Notes: generated by a model not told the origin, from the letters alone. DNA of 64,000 nt from Bacteroidales bacterium (GCA_046481675.1 JAWOJJ010000130.1:656-64655); one strand, 5' to 3'. Positions 9,943 to 17,914 are shown, counted from the stretch's first letter. Numbers and translations are program-made.

Positions 9943-10862
9943 TGCTGCTGGAATTTGTAAGTTATCCCTACCTGGTAAATGCCACTTACCAATCTTAAAT
10001 TTCTTGGAATTGCATCGTTTATATACCGGAAATTGTAACTGGCATTTATGCATAATTTGTCGCTAAGTTGATTGGTGTATAACAGATTCAGAAAAACACT
10101 TTGTAATGATCTAATCCCCTGTATGCGGGAATTAGATCTGATAAAATCCCATTTTTCATATTTTTCAAAATCCTGAGCAATTACATTTGAGTAGTTCGAC
10201 CTGCAGGTGTATGACAGTAACGATGTTGTGAATGAAAAACCAACCAGGTGCCGGCGCCACACATATTCGCTGTATATACCCGGAGCCAGCGTGCTCAACA
10301 ACAATTCAGGTGTCATCCCGTAATTGGTTACCAAATCGGCCGAGGTGAACCAGTTTAAAGCTGCATATATCGGCAAGCTTTTTCTGATGGTGATCAGATG
10401 AAAACAATGAAAACTGCTGGCTTCAAAATGCAGGTGTTTAATTACCCGCAGCCGGTTATCAGTTTCCAACGGATATTCATTTTCCTTGTTTCCATCAGGG
10501 TATCTTTTGAAAAGTGAAAAGCCCAGGCTGGTGGATGAAAGAATTCTCTTGCGTTTTTCAAATCCTATTGTGGTTATAAATCCGGTACCCGGATAAACCT
10601 GATTTGTATATAATTCATCAATGGAGGCATAGTTAATGAGCCCCGTTTCAATTTTTATTGCTTTGCCAGAATCCTGATCATTATCGGGCACTTGTTGGGC
10701 TGTCAGATTGTGTTCTCCATGGGTCAGGAGCACAAATGTTATTGTTCTTATAATGATTCTAAAGTGCTCGCGCATAAAACTACTCTGAATATATTGCCAG
10801 GTATTTTTGAGAGTTCCCTGAAAAAAAATGCTTTCGAATTTCTGTCTTTTATTAAACATCAA
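9939..10862 (-). CDS. Hypothetical protein, probable outer-membrane beta-barrel
   Basis: Long ORF with alternating hydrophobic pattern ending ...GITYKFQQQ (aromatic-rich C-terminus). An internal Met (MREHFRIIIRTITFVLL) may be the true start. No recognisable catalytic motif. Confidence 0.55.
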   Translation of the reverse strand: MMFNKRQKFESIFFQGTLKNTWQYIQSSFMREHFRIIIRTITFVLLTHGEHNLTAQQVPDNDQDSGKAIKIETGLINYASIDELYTNQVYPGTGFITTIGFEKRKRILSSTSLGFSLFKRYPDGNKENEYPLETDNRLRVIKHLHFEASSFHCFHLITIRKSLPIYAALNWFTSADLVTNYGMTPELLLSTLAPGIYSEYVWRRHLVGFSFTTSLLSYTCRSNYSNVIAQDFEKYEKWDFIRSNSRIQGIRSLQSVFLNLLYTNQLSDKLCINASYNFRYINDAIPRNLRLVSGIYQVGITYKFQQQ

Positions 10863-10869
10863 TAACTGC

Positions 10870-11361
10870 TTACAACGAACCCGTAAGTCGGATATGCCTG
10901 ATGATATCCCCTGATTTGATGAAAGTGCCGTTATGACAGCCGGTTACGTTACAAAATGTAATGGCGTCGTTAAAATCAAGCTCGGGTGTCAATCCGATTA
11001 CCACCATATCGGCACCTTCCCTGCAATTGCAGTTTACAAGCTTTTTAAAAGCTGTGCCGCAGTGCGGGCAAGATAATTCATCCTTTATCCCTTCCTTCAA
11101 CTCACCCGAAAGAACTTTTTTATCGAAATCACCTTCAATGGCCGAAATAACAAATTCTCCTTCCATCCCTTCGCGTTTGAAACCGATACGGAGGCCAGGA
11201 AAACCATTGATTTTATTTTTGGAATCGATAATGCTGCAACCATCCGGACAATAGGCATGATTGATAATGTATCTTACTTTGTCCTCCTCCTTGCGATTGG
11301 CAGCTTTCCTTTCGGTCAGGGGTATCAATAATCGTCCATCCTTATTATATTTCATGATCAA
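10870..11361 (-). CDS. Hypothetical cysteine-rich protein
   Basis: 163-aa ORF with paired Cys motifs (CPDGC, CPHC, CNC, CNVTGC). It is 8 nt upstream of the next gene, so probably first in a three-gene operon. Family not recognised. Confidence 0.55.
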   Translation of the reverse strand: MIMKYNKDGRLLIPLTERKAANRKEEDKVRYIINHAYCPDGCSIIDSKNKINGFPGLRIGFKREGMEGEFVISAIEGDFDKKVLSGELKEGIKDELSCPHCGTAFKKLVNCNCREGADMVVIGLTPELDFNDAITFCNVTGCHNGTFIKSGDIIRHIRLTGSL

Positions 11362-11503
11362 ATGATTTGCCGGTTACATTGAAATTATCCCAAGTTATGA
11401 AATATTCTCAGGATTGTATCGGCTCAATGACAAATTACAGACTTCCCTTAAGGGAAATACTTATAATAAGAATTCTGAATTCTATGATGTCAGTGGAGTC
11501 AAA

Positions 11504-12661
11504 TCAACTTGTCTCATTATCTTCCGCCTGTGGTCCAAGGGAAAATTTCAAAACGCTAAAACCTATGATTCCTGCAAGCGTGGAGGCAACAATAATGGCA
11601 AATTTCAAATTACTGATGAGGGCTTCATCCTCAAATGCAAGCAGGGTAATAAAAATTGACATGGTGAAGCCGATTCCGGCTATAAAGCCCGCGCCGATGA
11701 TGTTTTTCCATTGAAGGTCCAATGGTAATCTGCATATTCCTAAGGCGACTCCCATAAAGGTAAATACAAAGATGCCTAACGGCTTGCCGATAACCAGTCC
11801 GGTTAATATCCCCAGGCTGGCTGGTTCTCCCAATCCTGAGAACCATGTATTACCAATGATGATGCTGGTATTTGCCGCGGCAAACAAGGGGAGAATGAAG
11901 TATGCAACAGGTTTATGCAAGAAATGTTGTAGCAGGTAAGAAGGTGATTTTTCTCCGGCTTTTTTAAAGGGAATTGCAAAGGCTAATAAAACCCCTGTAA
12001 TTGTTGCATGAACTCCTGAATGAAGCATAAAATACCACATGGCAACACCCCCAATCAGGTAGGGGATTAAATTGTATACTTTTAACCGGTTCAACAGGAT
12101 GAGAAAGCCGAAAATTCCCAATGCAATAAGCAAATTTGCAAAAGCAATAGAACCGGTATAAAAAACTGCAATAATCAGAATTGCACCCAGGTCGTCAATA
12201 ACAGCCAGTGCAGTAAGGAATATCTTCAGCGATCCCGGGACACGTTTGCCCAACAGCGATAGAATTCCAATAGCAAAAGCAATATCGGTGGCGGTGGGAA
12301 TTCCTATACCTGATAGCATAGGTGATCCATAATTAAACAACAAGTAAAACCCTGCAGGCACGAGCATGCCGCCTATTGCCCCGAAAATGGGCAATGTGGC
12401 ATTTTTAATATCTGAAAGCTCTCCTTTGAGAATCTCACGCTCCAATTCCAGGCCAATCAACAAAAAGAAAATGGCCATCAGGCCGTCGTTGATCCAATGA
12501 GCTACGCTGTGATCTGCCAGTTTAAACTGCCAGATACGCATATATTCAGTCTGCCACTGCGAGTTTGCCAGCCAAATAGATGCAATGGTAACAAAAACCA
12601 GGATCAGGCCTCCTGTTTTTTCGCTTCTGAAGAATTCGTTATATAATCTGGTTAAAATCAT
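11504..12661 (-). CDS. nhaA: Na+/H+ antiporter NhaA
   Basis: WINDGLMAIFFLLIGLELEREIL and AIDDLGAI motifs characteristic of NhaA. 385 aa, polytopic. Confidence 0.93.
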   Translation of the reverse strand: MILTRLYNEFFRSEKTGGLILVFVTIASIWLANSQWQTEYMRIWQFKLADHSVAHWINDGLMAIFFLLIGLELEREILKGELSDIKNATLPIFGAIGGMLVPAGFYLLFNYGSPMLSGIGIPTATDIAFAIGILSLLGKRVPGSLKIFLTALAVIDDLGAILIIAVFYTGSIAFANLLIALGIFGFLILLNRLKVYNLIPYLIGGVAMWYFMLHSGVHATITGVLLAFAIPFKKAGEKSPSYLLQHFLHKPVAYFILPLFAAANTSIIIGNTWFSGLGEPASLGILTGLVIGKPLGIFVFTFMGVALGICRLPLDLQWKNIIGAGFIAGIGFTMSIFITLLAFEDEALISNLKFAIIVASTLAGIIGFSVLKFSLGPQAEDNETS

Positions 12662-12728
12662 TTATATCCTTATGTTGTTTGGCAACGGGTGATGGCAGCT
12701 GGTATTTATCATTTTCACATATTTTCAA

Positions 12729-12974
12729 TTACTGAGCTATTTCAGAATTTCTGAATCTTAATATAATAATCCCAAAAGAAATCCAAAGTATTGTCTCAAC
12801 AAAAATAGCTACAAAAATAGATGAATTTACCGTTTCCTTAATAAACTCATAACCTCCCATGAAGGACAATCCAAAAAGTGTAATCCCGGCAGCCATACAA
12901 ATTATTTGTCTCGCTTTCGCAGGGTGTAGGTTTCTCGATGCAAACATCAAAACAGACATACCTAACATAAACAT
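12729..12974 (-). CDS. Hypothetical small membrane protein (81 aa)
   Basis: ORF with three hydrophobic segments in AT-rich DNA. No recognisable family. Confidence 0.4.
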   Translation of the reverse strand: MFMLGMSVLMFASRNLHPAKARQIICMAAGITLFGLSFMGGYEFIKETVNSSIFVAIFVETILWISFGIIILRFRNSEIAQ

Positions 12975-13113
12975 GGCTGCTCTTCGAGCAAGGACAGTTG
13001 CTGTTATTGAAGGCTGTAATCTCCATAGGCAACATGAATTCCTCCATAAATACCTCGGTCAAGCACGGTTCCGTGAGAGGCTAAGGGGTGAAACTCCCCT
13101 TTGCCTACTCGAC

Positions 13114-13821
13114 TTATTTAATTAAGTCAATCAAGATTACTATACTTAGCAAAACAAAAATGAAGGTAATCATTCCTAACAAATAGGAAATAAGAGCTTT
13201 TACATAATTTGCAATTTTTCTTTTGTCAAAGAATTGTCCAATTGCATAAGTAGTATAAATAAATCCAACCAATACTTCTACTACAACTAATTTAGTATGA
13301 GTCAGGCCACGAATAATATCAAATGCTGAATAAATTAACATCCCAATACCCATTATAAAGCAAAGAAGTATTAAAACTTCGAAAAAATTAAAGGGATATT
13401 TTCTGAAAAATATTTTCAACCATAATCCAATAAAAAGCGCCATAATGATATTTGCGTAACCATAATTATCTTGTACCCATTTAAAAATCGTATTGTCTAA
13501 AGCATCTTTAGCACCATCTATGATTCCATCTTCGAAATGAAAAATCCTAATTACTATTGTATATATCAAAGAGCTAATTAAAACAAACATAATCGGTTTT
13601 ACCAGGCGATTTCTGTCTTCAGAAATAAATACTCTTATACTTTCTCCCGGTCTTATCAGTAATTCTTTTATCGTGTAGAAAAATCCTTTTTGGAAATTTA
13701 ATACACTTGCAATTTCAGTCACAATATACCGTCCAGTAATCCTTTCTACTTTTGATGGATGTCCGCAATCAGGACAATAAGTACTTTGAAATTCACAATT
13801 GCATTTTTTACATGTAATCAT
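13114..13821 (-). CDS. DUF3667-like zinc-ribbon membrane protein
   Basis: N-terminal CKKCNC...CPDCGH zinc-ribbon followed by several TM segments. This architecture and the RITGRYIVTEI...LLIRPG region resemble DUF3667 proteins. Confidence 0.65.
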   Translation of the reverse strand: MITCKKCNCEFQSTYCPDCGHPSKVERITGRYIVTEIASVLNFQKGFFYTIKELLIRPGESIRVFISEDRNRLVKPIMFVLISSLIYTIVIRIFHFEDGIIDGAKDALDNTIFKWVQDNYGYANIIMALFIGLWLKIFFRKYPFNFFEVLILLCFIMGIGMLIYSAFDIIRGLTHTKLVVVEVLVGFIYTTYAIGQFFDKRKIANYVKALISYLLGMITFIFVLLSIVILIDLIK

Positions 13822-13892
13822 TGGTTCTTATCTTTTTGTCAATCATTTTTAGGTTTTGAACTTTATTGCAAACAGGCTTCTTAAATAACTGC

Positions 13893-14046
13893 TAACGTCA
13901 GTCTGCGCAGTGCGGATTCAAATCGCTAACTTGCCTGCCGGCCGTAACTGAGCGGAGGCGGGTCGTGTTACTGCATGCTTTATTAAAATGAGCTGCACTA
14001 AAACAGGCACAGCACCCCGCATTGCGTATGAGCACCGATTGTTGTA
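13893..14046 (+). repeat. Structured intergenic repeat, copy A (shared termini with copy B)
   Basis: 5' TAACGT..CTGCGCAGTGCGG (13903-13915) pairs with CCGCATTGCGTATG (14017-14030), followed by GATTGTTG. The same terminal motifs occur in copy B. GC-richer than the flanks. Confidence 0.5.
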
Positions 14047-14084
14047 GAAAAAGTATCATGTTAAAATTGGTGTTTATACCAGGT

Positions 14085-14768
14085 TTAAAAAACAATCACA
14101 ACCCCCAAGTTATAGTTGAGGTCAAGATCTAAATGTCGTCTGTCATTTGAAATGAAGCTTTGCCAATCATTATTACCGCTTAAATCATAAGTTTGGTAAC
14201 GCATATTCATTGAAATGCCAATCCCAAAATTTTTCCAGGAGGGATCTCGCATTATATAATCTATCCCAAAACCTGACAATATTCCTACTGTATTTAAATA
14301 ATCCTGAACGGAAACCAATACCACTCCCACGAAATAACTAGCAGATAGTTCGTTAGAATTTGCGAGCCTGGCACTTTTACACAAAGCAATTGACAAGGAA
14401 GAAAAGCCAATAAATTTATTGTTTAAATCAGCGTATGTAATTTCTCCATCTGTTGTTCGTATGAATGAATAATCGAATCTTGCCAATATTTGGAGATAAT
14501 CAAGCCCCGGATGAATTCCAACACCCAGTCCCCAGTCTTTTCCAAAAGTGGCAGTGGTACGAAATCTGTCACTTACCCAATGACCTGGTCCTAAAGCAAT
14601 GCGTAGCTTTATGTCTGGCATGGATAATTCAACTATTGTATCTGATTGTTGTTGATTAACAGAATCATGATTTCGGTCGTTTTCGGTTGAGAATGATAAA
14701 TTTGATTTAATAATGATGCTAAAAACTAGCATTATTTTTAAGATTATTGGCCTTTTCTTCATATGCAA
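14085..14768 (-). CDS. Hypothetical outer-membrane beta-barrel protein
   Basis: Signal peptide MKKRPIILKIMLVFSIIIKS, alternating beta-strand-like pattern, C-terminal ...LGVVIVF (terminal Phe typical of OMP beta-signal). Confidence 0.55.
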   Translation of the reverse strand: MHMKKRPIILKIMLVFSIIIKSNLSFSTENDRNHDSVNQQQSDTIVELSMPDIKLRIALGPGHWVSDRFRTTATFGKDWGLGVGIHPGLDYLQILARFDYSFIRTTDGEITYADLNNKFIGFSSLSIALCKSARLANSNELSASYFVGVVLVSVQDYLNTVGILSGFGIDYIMRDPSWKNFGIGISMNMRYQTYDLSGNNDWQSFISNDRRHLDLDLNYNLGVVIVF

Positions 14769-14931
14769 ACAGTTTATTTATAGATTGATGGATGAGACTT
14801 ATTTGGTGGTTAATTAGTGATCAACACAAGGATTCATCATATTTCTTAATATTAAAACGATCGGCGTTCATTTCATTTTATCCATGCGTTTATCTTTTAT
14901 TTAAAATTTTATATGCCTGCTCAGCATGCCC

Positions 14932-15130
14932 ATAACGTTCACCGGTATGCGCAGTTGCCGATTCATGGGCGCTTTCGTGTCGGGTTACCCACAAGATAAG
15001 CAATTGAACCTACATTAGCAAACCCTCGACCCGGCACCCGACCGGAGGGAGCTCATGAGTTCTGCCCAGATAATCGACCGAAGGAAGTTCATGAGGATTA
15101 GTCGAATAATTGCGTATGACCGGTTGTTGG
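14932..15130 (+). repeat. Structured intergenic repeat, copy B
   Basis: 5' ATAACGTTCA CCGGTATGCGCAGTT (14942-14956) pairs with AATTGCGTATGACCGG (15108-15123), followed by TTGTTGG. Contains an internal 21-nt direct repeat, CGACCGGAGGGAGCTCATGAG (15039-15059) and CGACCGAAGGAAGTTCATGAG (15075-15095). Confidence 0.5.
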
Positions 15131-15172
15131 CTACAGTTGTTTTTATTATCTTGTTTATGAAGTTTAGAAAAA

Positions 15173-15631
15173 TCAAATTACTCCAATACCTAATTGGTTA
15201 CTTAATTTAGCCAAATTTGACTTTGCAGAATCAATATTATCAGATTTTTGAATTGATATAATCTCTCTACCATTTGAATCATAAAGAATCAGCCTATAAT
15301 CATTATTAGCAATATCAAGAGTCCGATTACTCCGACTATATGCTCGCCATACCTTATTTGATTTTTTAATGCCAATTTTCATGTCTGATTGAATATAAAT
15401 CCACTGTCCAATTGGAAAAATACCGAATATATTATTCGAAAATCTCAGTCTCTTTTTTTCAAAATCTATCAACGTGCCTGTTGAAGTAAATCCGACGAAT
15501 GCTCCTATCAGAACTAAAACCAATCCTTTTAATGAAAAAAAGGTTATAATCAATCCAGCAACAAATAGAAATATACCTGCTGAAGTTCCTACCGGACCAA
15601 ATATCTTGTCAAGTTTATTTTTTGTTGTCAT
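15173..15631 (-). CDS. Hypothetical membrane protein (2 TM + soluble C-terminal domain)
   Basis: ORF with start chosen at MTTKNKLDKIF (the track ORF extends to 15682). Two adjacent hydrophobic helices, then a polar roughly 90-aa domain. No family recognised. Confidence 0.45.
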   Translation of the reverse strand: MTTKNKLDKIFGPVGTSAGIFLFVAGLIITFFSLKGLVLVLIGAFVGFTSTGTLIDFEKKRLRFSNNIFGIFPIGQWIYIQSDMKIGIKKSNKVWRAYSRSNRTLDIANNDYRLILYDSNGREIISIQKSDNIDSAKSNLAKLSNQLGIGVI

Positions 15632-16259
15632 TTTTATCAGATTTATCTTGTTGTAAGCGGCACTTACAATTGTAGCCAACATTAGTGTAGACGAACTTTT
15701 GGGGGAAAGTTGGTCTGAATTAACTATATGGGGAGTTTGATTAATGGCTATTTGAGACTATTTTCATACTATCATAATGAAGTTCATCATTGAAGCATCA
15801 AAAGACAAGGCATCAGCATAGAAGTCATTGGCGTTAATGAATTTGCCAGAATATTGTTGTGTTCTTCTTTATAATACCTAATTGTGGTTAACAGAAATAG
15901 CTTTCATTTTTCGGATTCGGTATTTGAGGTTGAAAAATGCGTCTATAGAGTGGAAAAGGGTGGGGTATACGAAATTCATCCTGAGATAAGAGTTTATATG
16001 CCGTAATTCCATATTATGCGTGGTTTTACTAAGCCGCATTAATGCAGATGAATCCATCGCCTTATTGCACACTTCGTGCCCTTCAATCCCATTAAGAACT
16101 TACCTTTCAAAAAATGAGATAGAACGACTGTTGTGCTGATTTCTTTTCCTAAAAATAGTAATTACTTTCATTGTTCCTGCTTCTAAAGGACATTTTTTAT
16201 CCGTTTTTATTGAACAGTTGCAATGATGCATGCTGCGGCATAGTGGCTTACAACAGGGG

Positions 16260-16348
16260 GGGATTACTCGCTGTGCTCGTGATCCCGTGCGACGATTCTG
16301 TATATGATAAAGATTGTATGAGGGATTACTCGCTCCGCTCGTGATCCC
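16260..16348 (+). repeat. Two copies of a 27-nt hairpin repeat
   Basis: GGGATTACTCGCTGTGCTCGTGATCCC (16260-16286) and GGGATTACTCGCTCCGCTCGTGATCCC (16322-16348), separated by 35 nt. Each folds as GGGATTAC/GTGATCCC with one G-U pair on the plus strand. The second is followed by TTTTTA. Confidence 0.7.
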
Positions 16349-16367
16349 TTTTTATAGGTCCTGCAAT

Positions 16368-16488
16368 AAAAAAAGCAATGCCGCGGCAGAGCCGCTTACA
16401 TTTTTTGTTTGCTGCCCGGAGTTTAAGCCTGACGGCTTACTCCGTTCATCAAACAAAAAATGCCCCTTCGGGGGCATTGCTTTTTTTT
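16368..16488. repeat. 121-bp nested palindromic module abutting the tRNA-Lys 3' end
   Basis: Perfect 15-bp inverted repeat AAAAAAAGCAATGCC (16368-16382) / GGCATTGCTTTTTTT (16473-16487). Perfect 13-bp inverted repeat CATTTTTTGTTTG (16399-16411) / CAAACAAAAAATG (16450-16462). Apical hairpin CCGGAGTTTAAGCC-TGAC-GGCTTACTCCG (16416-16444). Confidence 0.8.
16449..16488 (-). terminator. Intrinsic terminator of tRNA-Lys(TTT)
   Basis: On the minus strand, AATGCCCC-CGAA-GGGGCATT followed by TTTTTTGTTTG, directly after the tRNA 3' end. Confidence 0.75.
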
Positions 16489-16490
16489 AG

Positions 16491-16563
16491 TGATCCAGCT
16501 GGGATTCGAACCCAGGACCCCATCCTTAAAAGGGATGTGCTCTACCTACTGAGCTACTGGATC
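16491..16563 (-). tRNA. tRNA-Lys (anticodon TTT)
   Basis: Minus strand folds by hand as GATCCAG-TA-GCTC-AGTAGGTA-GAGC-A-CATCC-CTTTTAA-GGATG-GGGTC-CTGGG-TTCGAAT-CCCAG-CTGGATC-A, a clean cloverleaf with anticodon loop C-T-TTT-A-A. Confidence 0.93.
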
Positions 16564-16629
16564 GGACGCCTTGCTACAGGCCTTCCTGGTTGATTTCCGG
16601 TCTGAAAACCGGCTCTTTTTAAAGAGTTG

Positions 16630-16637
16630 CAAATATA
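16630..16637 (-). promoter_or_regulatory. Candidate Bacteroidota -7 box (TATATTTG) for tRNA-Lys(TTT)
   Basis: Minus strand reads TATATTTG, matching the TAnnTTTG consensus, about 65 nt upstream of the mature tRNA 5' end. I did not find a clear -33 TTTG. Confidence 0.3.
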
Positions 16638-16785
16638 GTATCTAATTTTTAACCATGAAAATAATTCATAGAAATTTTTGTCAACTTATTGAATCACCAG
16701 CAAGTCAACATTTTGGGTAAAACATGGAACAATCCTGCTGTTTTTCCGTAAAATGGTTGATATTTTAACCGAAAAACCTGATAAT

Positions 16786-17886
16786 ATGAGCAAAATTTCT
16801 CATCTCAGATTCTTACTCCTAGTAGCTTTGGCCTTTGTTTCAGGAAATAAAATTCTGGCCCAGGTTGAGGAATTGGGAAATATGATCGCTGCCGGCGAGC
16901 AGGATGCCAAATTGCTGCTTCAGCCATACATCGCACCTGCTATTAACGGGTTCGGTGCAGCCCAGGCAGGAGGGTGGTATAATACTGCTGAACCTCATAA
17001 ACTGGGAGGTTTCGACATAACCTTCACCGCCAACGTGGCCATGGCTCCTAAAAAGTATTCCACCTTTGTAATCAACAATGACGAGCTTTCGTTTCTGAAG
17101 CTTCAGGATCCTGCGCTGAATGAAACCCAGACTGTGGTGGGTGACAATATCGACGGCCCGCAACTGGTATATAATGTGCAGGATGATGAGGGTAATGTGA
17201 TCTACACACAAAATGCTTTCACAATGCCACAGGGCCTTAACATGCGCTTTGTACCTTCGCCCATGATACAGGCCGGAATAGGATTGATCAAAGGCACTGA
17301 AGTGATGGTACGGTTTATGCCCAACATTACTATCGAAGGGAACGAACTGGGCCTTTGGGGTATAGGTGGTAAACACGACATCAAACAATGGATCCCCGGT
17401 TTGAAAAAAGTGCCGGTACTCAAAGTATCTGTGATGTATGGCTATACTAAACTCCATACTTTTATTGGTTTGAATGTATCGCCAGAAGATATCAATGCCG
17501 GAAGCCTTCCCGAAGAACAAGCCAATAACAACTGGGAGGACCAGTATATGAAACTTCGGGTGAAAAGCCATACTGCTAATCTTTTAATTGGTGCCGACCT
17601 GAAGGTGGTGAGCTTTTACGGTGGAATCGGTTTTGTATCGTCTAAATCAACGCTGAAAATGGAAGGCGATTTTCCTTATGTCGGGCTGAATACAGCATAC
17701 GAACCCGTGGTGAAGACCATTACTGACCCTATTGACATGGAAATTGAAAACAAAGACGGCAGCTTTACCAAACCCAGGCTGAACCTGGGAGTCAGGTTTA
17801 AAATGGCCATTGTTACCCTGCACTTCGATTACAGCTGGGCTAATTACAGTGTGCTTACGGCGGGCCTGGGATTTTCGTTCAGGTAA
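16786..17886 (+). CDS. Hypothetical outer-membrane protein (beta-barrel-like)
   Basis: Start at MSKISHLRFLLLVALAFVSGNKILAQ (signal peptide). Gly/aromatic-rich alternating pattern, ends ...LTAGLGFSFR. The track ORF starts earlier at 16753. Confidence 0.6.
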   Translation: MSKISHLRFLLLVALAFVSGNKILAQVEELGNMIAAGEQDAKLLLQPYIAPAINGFGAAQAGGWYNTAEPHKLGGFDITFTANVAMAPKKYSTFVINNDELSFLKLQDPALNETQTVVGDNIDGPQLVYNVQDDEGNVIYTQNAFTMPQGLNMRFVPSPMIQAGIGLIKGTEVMVRFMPNITIEGNELGLWGIGGKHDIKQWIPGLKKVPVLKVSVMYGYTKLHTFIGLNVSPEDINAGSLPEEQANNNWEDQYMKLRVKSHTANLLIGADLKVVSFYGGIGFVSSKSTLKMEGDFPYVGLNTAYEPVVKTITDPIDMEIENKDGSFTKPRLNLGVRFKMAIVTLHFDYSWANYSVLTAGLGFSFR

Positions 17887-17914
17887 TAACAGAAAAGGTT
17901 GTGTATATAAAAAA

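Noticed and set aside
12690-12700. Direct repeat of the tRNA-Lys 3' end (att site) at the far border of the AT-rich islet
   Set aside because: The only match to the tRNA sequence was the 7-mer CAGCTGG, which is not meaningful. No att duplication can be claimed.
13898-14095. 65-aa minus-strand ORF spanning element A
   Set aside because: It coincides with the GC-rich repeat, has odd composition (CCAC, runs of polar residues) and no start context. It is most likely a by-product of the repeat.
14932-15130. Element B (and A) as SRP RNA, 6S RNA, tmRNA or a group II intron fragment
   Set aside because: CCGAAGGAAG resembles part of the SRP domain IV sequence, but the conserved GGAAGCAGCC core is absent. 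There is no tmRNA tag or tRNA-like end, no group II GUGYG 5' end and no domain V. Two copies with unrelated interiors also argue against a single-copy housekeeping RNA.
16260-16348. Mini-CRISPR array (27-nt repeats, 35-nt spacer)
   Set aside because: There are only two repeats, which are fully self-complementary hairpins. No cas genes or leader are present in the window. A REP/terminator-like element is the more economical reading.
16378-16593. 71-aa plus-strand ORF
   Set aside because: It overlaps the palindromic module and the complement of tRNA-Lys(TTT), and is not coding.
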